Assembly (NCBI GenBank): GCA_963835085.1
Contig: CAWIED010000001.1
Span: 1,998,474-2,062,473, forward strand
Direction of reading: 5' to 3'
From: an uncultured Actinomycetota bacterium
GTDB lineage: Bacteria; Actinomycetota; Actinomycetes; Actinomycetales; CAWJMD01
Length of the DNA stretch: 64,000 bases
Below, in pieces: positions 56,468 to 64,000 of this stretch; within the stretch, counting starts at the first letter, position 1; each line of letters begins with the position of its first letter. A program made the translations under genes and the position numbers. The notes under the pieces were generated by a model. The model did not search any database. It saw nothing but the letters and a program-made list of their open reading frames with translations, and was not told where the DNA came from.

Positions 56468-58177
56468 TCAGTCGATCAGGACGTCGGCATATTCCGGCAG
56501 CCACATCCGCTCACGGACCTCGGCGTCGATGTCGGTCAGCTTGGCCTGGGCCACGCCGTCGTCCACCGCGGCCCGCACGACCGCGACAGCCACCACTTCG
56601 GAGACTTCCCGCAGCCGGCTCATGCTCGGCAAGAGGCAGGAGCCGAGTTCGGTGGCCTCCAGCAGGCCGGCCAACGCCGTCGCCGAGGCCTGGATCATCC
56701 CGTCGGTGACCCGGTTGGCCTGCGCCACCACGACACCGAGCCCGAGCCCCGGAAAGATCAGGGCGTTGTTGGCCTGGGCGATCTGGTACGTCACGCCGCC
56801 ATATTCGACCGGGTCGAAGGGACTTCCGGTAGCCACGAGGGCAGCGCCGTCCGTCCACCGGAGCAGATCCGCCGGGAGCGCCTCGGCGCGTGACGTCGGA
56901 TTGGACATCGGCATGATGATCGGCCGCTTGCAATAGCCGGCCATCTCGGTGACCAGACTCTCCGTGAAGGCACCACCGTGGGTCGAGGTACCGATCCAGA
57001 TCGTCGGCTGGGCATGGCGGACGACCTCAGCCAGGCTGATCCTGCCGGGATCGGCTACGTCCCACTCCGCTACTTCGGCCCGTGACCTGGCGTACGGAGC
57101 CTGGAAGTCCTGAAGCTCCGTCATGTCGTCGACGAGCAGCCCGCGACTGGTCATCGGGTAGAACGCAGCATGCCCGGTGCCCTTGGCTCCCGAAGCAACC
57201 ATCGTCTCGCGCAACAGATCTGCCACCCCGATGCCAGCGGTACCGGCCCCGTAGACGAGCACCCTGTGCTCGTCCAGCGGCACCCCGGACTGCTCGACGG
57301 CTGCCAGCACTGCCGCCAGGGCGACCGCGGCGGTGCCCTGGATGTCGTCGTTGAACGTGCACGCCGTGTCGCGGTACCTGGTCAGGATCCGGTGTGCGTT
57401 CGCTGTGCCGAAGTCCTCCCAGTGGATCATCGCCTGGGGGAACAACCGGCTGCTCGTGGCGACGAAACGCTCGATGAAGTCGTCATAGGCTTCGCCGCGC
57501 ACCCGTGGGTGCCGCTCGCCGACGTACATCGGATCCTTCAGCAGCGCCTCGTTGTCGGTGCCGGTGTCTAGCACCACCGGAATCACTCGACGTGGGTGAA
57601 GTCCGGCCGCTGCCGTGTAGACGGACAGCTTGCCGATGGCGATCTGCACTCCCCCGACACCCTGGTCGCCGATGCCGAGGATGCCCTCGGAGTCTGTGAC
57701 GACCAGCAAGTCGACCTCATCGGCGTGCAAGCCGTGATTGAGCAAGGCCTCCTCGATGTCCTCCGGATGGTCGATGGACAGGAAAACCCCTCTGGGCCGG
57801 GCATAGTCATTGCTGTAGCGCTGGATCGCCTCGCCGATCGTCGGTGTATACACCACCGGCAGCATCTCTTCGATGTGCGAACTCAGCACCCGGTAGAAGA
57901 GCACCTCGTTGCGGTCGCGCAGCGTGCCCAGGAAGCGGTTGCGTTCCAGATTGCCGTCCACCTGCCCGTACTGGGCGTAGGCGCGGGCCGCCTGCTCCTC
58001 GATCGTGTTCACCCCGCTCGGCAACAGGCCGTTGAGGGCGAGAGCCTTGCGCTCGTCCGCTGAGAAGGCGGTGTCGCGATTGGTCATGGAGTTGGCCAGC
58101 ACAGCCCTGCCACGCGCATGGATGCTGATGCTGCGGTAACCGTGGTCGGCGCTGACCTCGTAGTCGCCAGTTCGCAT
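56468..58177 (-). CDS. NAD-dependent malic enzyme
   Basis: ATG 58177 after GGAGGA. Collinear from memory with E. coli MaeA: LFYRVL...MLPVVYTPTIGEA, VVTDSEGILGIGDQGVGG, FNDDIQGTAAV, GAGTAGIG, MPMSNPTS, ANNALIFPGLGLG. Confidence 0.9.
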   Translation of the reverse strand: MRTGDYEVSADHGYRSISIHARGRAVLANSMTNRDTAFSADERKALALNGLLPSGVNTIEEQAARAYAQYGQVDGNLERNRFLGTLRDRNEVLFYRVLSSHIEEMLPVVYTPTIGEAIQRYSNDYARPRGVFLSIDHPEDIEEALLNHGLHADEVDLLVVTDSEGILGIGDQGVGGVQIAIGKLSVYTAAAGLHPRRVIPVVLDTGTDNEALLKDPMYVGERHPRVRGEAYDDFIERFVATSSRLFPQAMIHWEDFGTANAHRILTRYRDTACTFNDDIQGTAAVALAAVLAAVEQSGVPLDEHRVLVYGAGTAGIGVADLLRETMVASGAKGTGHAAFYPMTSRGLLVDDMTELQDFQAPYARSRAEVAEWDVADPGRISLAEVVRHAQPTIWIGTSTHGGAFTESLVTEMAGYCKRPIIMPMSNPTSRAEALPADLLRWTDGAALVATGSPFDPVEYGGVTYQIAQANNALIFPGLGLGVVVAQANRVTDGMIQASATALAGLLEATELGSCLLPSMSRLREVSEVVAVAVVRAAVDDGVAQAKLTDIDAEVRERMWLPEYADVLID

Positions 58178-58196
58178 TCTGCTCGTCCTCCGGCCT

Positions 58197-59027
58197 TCAG
58201 TCGAACTGGCGGCTGAGCGCCATGTGCCGGTTGACGTCTTTGTAGAGCAGGTAGCGGAACACGCCCGGCCCACCCGCGTAGCAGGCCTGCGGGCAGAAGG
58301 CGCGCAACCACATGAAGTCGCCCTCCTGAACCTCGACCCAGTCGTTGTTGAGCAGGTAGACGGCCTTGCCCTCCAGCACGTACAAGCCGTGCTCCATCAC
58401 ATGCGTCTCGGGGAACGGGATCGCGCCGCCGGGCTCGAAAGTGACGATGGTGCAATGCATGTCGTGACGCATGTCAGCCATGTCGACGAAACGCTGGGTC
58501 TTCCAGCAGCCCTTGGTGCCGGGCATCTCGACACCTTCGACCTCGTTCTCGTTGGTGAAGAACGCCTCGGGCACGTCGATGCCGGGCACCACCTGGTAGG
58601 CCTTGCGGATCCAGTGGAAGGTGCTGGGCTCGTCCCCGGAGTTGCTCACCTGCCAGTTGGACGCGGGTGGGATGAAGGCGTAGCCACCGGGTTCCATCTC
58701 GTGCTTCACCCCGTCGAGGGTGATCGTGAGATTTCCACCCACGACGAAGATGACCCCCTCGGCGGCCGGATCGAGTTCCGGCTGGTCGCTGCCGCCACCG
58801 GCTCCGACCTCGACGATGTACTGCGAGAAGGTCTCCGCAAAACCGGAGAGCGGACGCGCGATCACCCACAGTCGAGTGGATTTCCAGAACGGGAGCCAAC
58901 TCGTGACGATGTCGCGCATCGTGCCCCGCGGCAGCACCGCGTAGGCCTCGGTGAAGATGGCGCGATCGGTGGTCAGCTCCTCCTGACTCGGTAACCCACC
59001 CTTGGGCACGTAGTACCTCGAGCGCAT
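58197..59027 (-). CDS. (S)-ureidoglycine aminohydrolase-like bicupin (AllE/YlbA family)
   Basis: 276 aa, two cupin halves. N-terminus YYVPKGGLPSQEELTTDRAIFTEAYAVLP... and C-terminus ...MEHGLYVLEGKAVYLLNNDWVEVQEGDFMWLRAFCPQACYAGG, typical of the family. Confidence 0.75.
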   Translation of the reverse strand: MRSRYYVPKGGLPSQEELTTDRAIFTEAYAVLPRGTMRDIVTSWLPFWKSTRLWVIARPLSGFAETFSQYIVEVGAGGGSDQPELDPAAEGVIFVVGGNLTITLDGVKHEMEPGGYAFIPPASNWQVSNSGDEPSTFHWIRKAYQVVPGIDVPEAFFTNENEVEGVEMPGTKGCWKTQRFVDMADMRHDMHCTIVTFEPGGAIPFPETHVMEHGLYVLEGKAVYLLNNDWVEVQEGDFMWLRAFCPQACYAGGPGVFRYLLYKDVNRHMALSRQFD

Positions 59028-59049
59028 GGTTGTTCCTTCCTGGTCAGGC

Positions 59050-59922
59050 TCACGGCTCTGTGAACCTAGGTTTCGCCGGGTCGACCACGCGGCAGCGTTG
59101 CCGCCCCAGCACTGGCGATTCGGCGACTACGACGTCGCCGGCGCGCAGGTATGGACGTTCATCCGGCCTGGCCATTGCCACCCCGGCCGGAGTCCCGGTG
59201 ATCACCAGATCGCCGGGTTCGAGAGTCATCAGTGCGCTGACGTACCGCAGCACGGCCGGCACCGAGAAGATCAAGTCGCTGGTGTTGCCCTGCTGGCGAA
59301 CCTCGTCATTCACCCTCAGGCTCAGATCCACACCGGCGGTAGAGATCTCGTCAGGAGTGACGAGATAGGGCCCGACCGGGCAGTAGGTGTCGGCAGACTT
59401 GCCCTTGGTCCAGGTGCCACCGCGGTGCAGCTGAAGATCACGGTCGGAGACATCCTGGGCGAGCAGATAGCCGGCCACCCCTGCCAACGCCGACGAGTCG
59501 TCGGCCGCTGAGCGCAGGGTGGCCCCGATCACCACTCCGAGCTCGACCTCATAGTCGGTGGTGGTGGCGCCCGGCAACAGCACGATGTCATCGCAGGGGC
59601 CGGAGAACGACGTGTTGGCCTTGAGGAAGACCACAGGCTCGTGCGGTGACTGGGCACCAATCTCAGCGGCGTGGGCGTGATAGTTGAGGCCGATGCCGAT
59701 GATCTTGCCCGGTCGCTCTATCGGGGCACCCCAGCGATCCACCTCGTCGGTCAGCGGTTGCAGGGCTCCGTCGCGGAGCAGCTCGTCGATGTCGTCGAAG
59801 CCCCGACGTAGCCGGTCCGCGTCGAGGCGAGGACAATGCTCGGCGAGCTCGAACCATGGACCGTTCCCGGCCGAGACGATCGCTCGCTCTCGGCCGGGCC
59901 GGCCCACCATCGCAAGTCTCAC
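59050..59922 (-). CDS. fumarylacetoacetate hydrolase (FAH) family protein
   Basis: 290 aa. KIIGIGLNYHAHAAE, EVELGVVIG, KGKSADTYCPVGPYLVT, GDLVITGTP: FAH-domain blocks. Confidence 0.85.
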   Translation of the reverse strand: MRLAMVGRPGRERAIVSAGNGPWFELAEHCPRLDADRLRRGFDDIDELLRDGALQPLTDEVDRWGAPIERPGKIIGIGLNYHAHAAEIGAQSPHEPVVFLKANTSFSGPCDDIVLLPGATTTDYEVELGVVIGATLRSAADDSSALAGVAGYLLAQDVSDRDLQLHRGGTWTKGKSADTYCPVGPYLVTPDEISTAGVDLSLRVNDEVRQQGNTSDLIFSVPAVLRYVSALMTLEPGDLVITGTPAGVAMARPDERPYLRAGDVVVAESPVLGRQRCRVVDPAKPRFTEP

Positions 59923-59940
59923 GCTATTGCCATCCGACGT

Positions 59941-61719
59941 TCAGTCGAGGTTCGCGAAGGCGGCCGTCGGCGCGTCCTCGCCCGACTCGGCCAGCGCTTC
60001 GAACTCGGTGACGTTGGCGATCGAGACGCCCATCGAGACATTGGTGACCCGCTCGAGGATGACCTCGACCACCACGGGCACGGAGTGCTCCACCAGCAGC
60101 TTCTTCGCCTGCTCCAGCGCCGGCAGGATGTCGTCCGGCTCGAACACCCGGATTGCCTTGCAGCCCAAGCCTTCTGCCACCTTCACGTGGTCGACGCCGT
60201 ATCCGTTGAGCTCGGGCGCGTTGACGTTGTCGAAGGACAGCTGAACGCAGTAATCCATGTCGAACCCGCGCTGGGACTGACGGATCAGGCCCAGATAGGC
60301 GTTGTTCACCAGCACGTGGATGTAGGGAATCTTGAACTGGGCCCCCACGGCCAGCTCCTCGAGCATGAACTGGAAGTCGTAGTCGCCGGACAGCGCCACC
60401 ACGGTCGAGTCAGGGTCGGCGGTTGCCACACCGAGTGCGGCCGGGATCGTCCAGCCCAGCGGACCTGCCTGCCCGGCGTTGACCCAATGCCGCGGCTTGT
60501 ACACGTGCAGCAGCTGCGCGGCCTGAATCTGCGACAGGCCGATGGTCGAGACGTAGCGGACGTCCTTGCCGAACGCCTTGTTCATCTCCTGGTAGACCCG
60601 CTGCGGCTTCACCGGAACATTGTCGAAATTCGTCTTGCGCCACATCGTCCGCTTGCGCTCGCGGCACGACTCTGCCCACTCGGAACGGTCGGCGAGACCG
60701 TCGCCGGCCACGCGGTCCTTAGCGGCGGCCAGCAACTGCTCCAGTGCAGCGCGGGCGTCGGAGACGATGCCGTAGTCGGGCATGAAGACTCGGCCGATCT
60801 GCGTCGGCTCGATGTCGATGTGGACGAAAGTCCTTCCAGCAGTGTAGGTCTCGACATCACCGGTATGGCGGTTGGCCCACCGGTTGCCGATCCCGAGGAC
60901 GAAGTCTGCTTCGAGCATGCTGGCGTTGCCGTAGCGGTGGCTGGTCTGCAAGCCCACCATGCCGGCGTTGAGCTCGTGGTCGTCGGCGATGGTGCCCCAG
61001 CCCATCAGGGTCGGCACCACCGGCACCCCGGTGAGTTCGGCGAACTCCTGCAGCAGGTCGGCCGCGTCGGCGTTGATGATGCCGCCACCGGCCACGATCA
61101 GCGGGCGCTCGGCAGCCTGCAGCATGTCGAGGGCTTTGTCGGCCTGCGCCCTGGAGGCGGTGGGCTTGTACGCAACGAGTGGCTCGTAGGTGTCGAGGTC
61201 GAACTCGATCTCGGCCATCTGGACGTCGATGGGCAGGTCGATGAGTACCGGGCCGGGGCGCCCCGAGCGCATCAGGTGGAACGCCTGCTGGAACGTCCCC
61301 GGCACCTGTGCCGGCTCCAGCACGGTGACCGCCATCTTGGTCAGCGGCTTGGCGATGCTGGCGATGTCGACCGCCTGGAAGTCTTCCTTGTGCAGCTTGG
61401 CCACCGGCGCCTGGCCGGTGATGCACAGGATCGGAATGGAGTCTGCACTGGCCGAGTACAGACCGGTGATCATGTCCGTTCCCGCGGGACCGCTGGTGCC
61501 GACGCACACGCCGATGTTGCCGGCCTTGGCACGGGTGTAACCCTCGGCCATGTGCGAGGCGCCCTCCACATGCCGGGCGAGCGTGTGGGTCAGACCACCG
61601 TTGGTCTTCATGGCCTTGTAGAACGGATTGATCGCCGCTCCGGGGAGACCGAAGATGTTGGTGACCCCTTCCTTCTTAAGGATCTCCACCGCGGCCTGCG
61701 CCGCCGTCATGCGTGCCAT
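59941..61719 (-). CDS. gcl: glyoxylate carboligase (tartronate-semialdehyde synthase)
   Basis: 592 aa, ThDP enzyme. [34 protein letters not shown]...[15 protein letters not shown]...[17 protein letters not shown]...ITGQAP; C-terminal [14 protein letters not shown]. Confidence 0.95.
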   Translation of the reverse strand: MARMTAAQAAVEILKKEGVTNIFGLPGAAINPFYKAMKTNGGLTHTLARHVEGASHMAEGYTRAKAGNIGVCVGTSGPAGTDMITGLYSASADSIPILCITGQAPVAKLHKEDFQAVDIASIAKPLTKMAVTVLEPAQVPGTFQQAFHLMRSGRPGPVLIDLPIDVQMAEIEFDLDTYEPLVAYKPTASRAQADKALDMLQAAERPLIVAGGGIINADAADLLQEFAELTGVPVVPTLMGWGTIADDHELNAGMVGLQTSHRYGNASMLEADFVLGIGNRWANRHTGDVETYTAGRTFVHIDIEPTQIGRVFMPDYGIVSDARAALEQLLAAAKDRVAGDGLADRSEWAESCRERKRTMWRKTNFDNVPVKPQRVYQEMNKAFGKDVRYVSTIGLSQIQAAQLLHVYKPRHWVNAGQAGPLGWTIPAALGVATADPDSTVVALSGDYDFQFMLEELAVGAQFKIPYIHVLVNNAYLGLIRQSQRGFDMDYCVQLSFDNVNAPELNGYGVDHVKVAEGLGCKAIRVFEPDDILPALEQAKKLLVEHSVPVVVEVILERVTNVSMGVSIANVTEFEALAESGEDAPTAAFANLD

Positions 61720-61751
61720 CTGTCAATCTCCTTGCGTACGAGTGGTTGTGG

Positions 61752-62633
61752 TCAGTCAGATGTGCCGGAGAGCCGCCGAACCCCGCGCAGCAGTCCGGAG
61801 TGGTCGAGACCGCCGTCGCCGTTGGCGCGAGCCGAGGCCATCAGCTGGGCGACCACCGCCGCCACCGGTGCCACGACCCCGGCCTCGCGGGCCGCCGCGG
61901 TGAAGATGCCCAGATCCTTGTGGTGCAACTCGATCCGGAAACCCGGGTTGAAGGTGTTGGTGGCCATGTTCTGACGCTTCTGATTGAGCACGGCCGAGCC
62001 GGCCAGGCCGCCACCGAGCACGTCGAAGGCCGCCTCGAGGTCTACGCCGTAGGCCTCCAGGAACACGACGGCCTCGGCGAGTGCCTCGATGTTGGAGGCG
62101 ACGATGAGCTGGTTCGCGGCCTTCACCGTCTGACCGGCACCGCTGCTGCCGACCCGCACGACGGTCTTGCCGACCGCGTCGAAAACGGGCTTGGCTGCGT
62201 CGAAGTCCTCCTGGGAGCCACCCACCATGATCGACAGTGCGGCGTTCTTGGCCCCTGCCTCGCCGCCCGACACGGGCGCGTCCAGCAGTCGCAGACCCCG
62301 ACGGCGGGCTTCCTCGGCCAACTCGACCGTGACGTCGGGGCGGATGGAGGAGAAGTCGATGATCAGGGCGCCCTGCTGGGCGTTGTCGAAGACGGCACCG
62401 GAGCCGACGAGCACCTCCTGGACGTCGGCGCTGTCGGGCACCATGACGCAGATGACGTCGGCGTCCTTGACCGCCTCGGCGGCTGAGCCGGCTACGCTGC
62501 CGCCCGCCTCTGCCAGCGCTTTGGCCTTGTCGGGGTTGCGGTTGTAACCGCTCACCTGGTGCCCTGCGTTCTGCAGGTGAACGGCCATCGGGCTACCCAT
62601 GATGCCAAGGCCGATGAAAGCGATGTTGCTCAT
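61752..62633 (-). CDS. glxR: 2-hydroxy-3-oxopropionate (tartronate semialdehyde) reductase
   Basis: 293 aa. MSNIAFIGLGIMGSPMAVHL, beta-hydroxyacid dehydrogenase family, directly downstream of gcl. Confidence 0.9.
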   Translation of the reverse strand: MSNIAFIGLGIMGSPMAVHLQNAGHQVSGYNRNPDKAKALAEAGGSVAGSAAEAVKDADVICVMVPDSADVQEVLVGSGAVFDNAQQGALIIDFSSIRPDVTVELAEEARRRGLRLLDAPVSGGEAGAKNAALSIMVGGSQEDFDAAKPVFDAVGKTVVRVGSSGAGQTVKAANQLIVASNIEALAEAVVFLEAYGVDLEAAFDVLGGGLAGSAVLNQKRQNMATNTFNPGFRIELHHKDLGIFTAAAREAGVVAPVAAVVAQLMASARANGDGGLDHSGLLRGVRRLSGTSD

Positions 62634-62749
62634 GTGTGTGTGACTCCAAAGGTTCTCGGGAAGGTCTGGCGTGCTACGAGGCCGATAGTTCGTGGAACCA
62701 ACGGCCCCCTCACGGCAGGAGGAGAGCCGTCTCGACTGGCCGGACGCTC

Positions 62750-63574
62750 TCAGGACGAGCGGCGCCCGCTGGGCAGCCAGTCGAAGCTGGCATTGGTGTC
62801 GCCCGTGCTGGGCTTGTACTCCAAGCCGACCCAGCCGGCGTAGCCTGCGGCGGCGATGGCACCTAGTTGTGCCTCCAGCGGCAGATCGCCGCTGCCGGGC
62901 TCTCCACGTCCTGGGGCGTCGGCGATCTGGACATGACCCGTGCGATCGGTGAAGTCGGCGATCGCGGCGTCCACGTCGTCACCGTTGCTGGCCAGGTGGA
63001 ACAGGTCCATCAAGATCGCGACGTTGCCAGCGCCGGCAGCCCGCACGTCGTCTACCACCGCGGCGGCCTGAGCCGCCGTTCGGATGGGATAGGGCTTCGG
63101 GCCGCTGACCGGCTCGACCAGGACGGTGGCGCCGATCTGGTCGGCGGCCTTCGCCGCCAGGGCCAGGTTCTGCCGGGCGAGCTCGTCCTGCTCCTCGGGC
63201 GAGACGCCCTCGACCCGGTTGCCGTACAGCGCGTTGAAGCCCTGCACCCCGAGCCGACGGCCGATCCCAACCGTGACGTCAATGTTGTCGAGGAATTGCT
63301 GCGAGCGCTCGGGGATCGACAACACTCCGCAGTCGGGACCGGCGAGGTCACCGGCGAAGAAGTTGAGGCCTACGAGCTGGACCCCGGCGTCCTCGATCGC
63401 CTGGACGAAGGCGTCGATTTCGGAGTCTGCGGGCACCGGCTGGTCGGGCCAGGGCCACCAGAACTCGATCGCATCGAACCCTGCAGCCTTGGCCGCTGCG
63501 GGCCGCTCCAAGAGCGGAAGCTCGGTGAAGAGCAGCGAGCAGTTCACCTCGTAGCGCAGTCCGTGGTCGGTCAT
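62750..63574 (-). CDS. hyi: hydroxypyruvate isomerase
   Basis: ATG 63574: MTDHGLRYEVNCSLLFTELPLLERPAAAKAAGFDAIEFWWPW...NALYGN...VLVEPVS...HVQIADAPGRGEPGSG...GWVGLEYKP. Confidence 0.9.
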   Translation of the reverse strand: MTDHGLRYEVNCSLLFTELPLLERPAAAKAAGFDAIEFWWPWPDQPVPADSEIDAFVQAIEDAGVQLVGLNFFAGDLAGPDCGVLSIPERSQQFLDNIDVTVGIGRRLGVQGFNALYGNRVEGVSPEEQDELARQNLALAAKAADQIGATVLVEPVSGPKPYPIRTAAQAAAVVDDVRAAGAGNVAILMDLFHLASNGDDVDAAIADFTDRTGHVQIADAPGRGEPGSGDLPLEAQLGAIAAAGYAGWVGLEYKPSTGDTNASFDWLPSGRRSS

Positions 63575-63761
63575 GGTCGGCCTCCTCGCCCGTGTGATCG
63601 CATGCACGCAGGAGTGTGATCGGCTGTGTGCGAATCGTCGTCACGGCCAGCTTCTTGTAGAGCCGCCTGCAGCGATCTCCCGCATGAACTCCATTCAGAT
63701 TCGGATGGATTCTGCGTTGCCTTGTTGTTGCTTCGGTGTTGCTGTGTCACAATTTCACATT

Positions 63762-63788
63762 ACGAAATATATCTTTCGTCACTCGAAA
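63762..63788. promoter_or_regulatory. AT-rich overlapping inverted repeats upstream of the hyi-glxR-gcl operon
   Basis: ACGAAA tatatc TTTCGT (63762-63779) overlapping TTTCG tcact CGAAA (63774-63788), ~190 nt upstream of the hyi start. This is the most AT-rich spot in the right half of the window. Confidence 0.35.
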
Positions 63789-63860
63789 GTGTAAGAGGTG
63801 GACTTCGTGCCGTCAAGAGGTCTCGGTCGGCCTTTTCGACCACCTCGGGTCGCGGACGGG

Positions 63861-64000
63861 TCAGCGCCGGGCGAGCCGATTGATCTGCGACCGGTCCAGC
63901 TCGCTGAGCGTGCCCACCTCGGCGTCGTCGGTGGCTCCACAGTCCAAGGCGCGGACGACGAACTCGGCCAGGGCGCGAGCGGTGGCCGGCTCGTCCATGA
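63861..64000 (-). CDS. 3' end of an unidentified gene (partial, or a 45-aa ORF from ATG 63998)
   Basis: Minus-strand frame ...(M)DEPATARALAEFVVRALDCGATDDAEVGTLSELDRSQINRLARR, stop 63863-63861, with high GC3. Too little sequence to assign. Confidence 0.3.
   Translation of the reverse strand, partial: MDEPATARALAEFVVRALDCGATDDAEVGTLSELDRSQINRLARR

Overview
High-GC (~65-72% by hand counts) actinobacterial chromosome segment. The right 44 kb (20.3-64 kb) is conserved core with mycobacteria-like synteny: M15 peptidase, two CNNM/CBS membrane proteins, tpx, guaB1, an OmpR-type response regulator plus histidine kinase, kgd, FAD oxidoreductase, SGNH hydrolase, methyltransferase, quinone oxidoreductase, PhoD-like phosphatase, Ni-SOD sodN/sodX, GFA protein, SWIM-SNF2 helicase, orphan PilT-like ATPase, micro-protein bL37, rsrA-sigH/sigR, ferritin, SRAP peptidase, DoxX, aroA and rsgA. 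It ends in a glyoxylate/allantoin cluster (iclR, aceB, malic enzyme, ureidoglycine aminohydrolase, FAH, gcl, glxR, hyi). The left 20 kb is accessory. It holds a SigJ-like ECF sigma unit, an AraC/NmrA/SnoaL unit, and a ~15 kb sugar or cyclitol catabolic island. The island carries eda, a P-loop kinase, an MHS-type MFS, Gfo/Idh/MocA, LacI, VOC and TIM-barrel genes and ends at tRNA-Arg(CCG). It is full of frameshifted or truncated genes and contains an IS1380-type transposase fragment, a large serine recombinase remnant and two ~1 kb low-GC single-gene inserts. I found no CRISPR array, rRNA, or recognisable defence or toxin system, and I could not support a convincing new multi-gene protein system. 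The most unusual signals are non-coding. (1) A 72-73 nt tandem repeat family built around a 36-nt GGTGCC...GGCACC hairpin occurs at two loci. (2) A dispersed ATGCCCC hairpin family occurs at three loci. (3) Short tandem arrays of 17, 18 and 15 nt sit in intergenic regions, one abutting the kgd start codon. (4) A 13-nt-periodic operator-like array recurs three times in the island. (5) A SigR-type promoter plus an upstream start codon suggests a long sigma isoform. All calls come from reading translations and sequence by eye; no database search was run.
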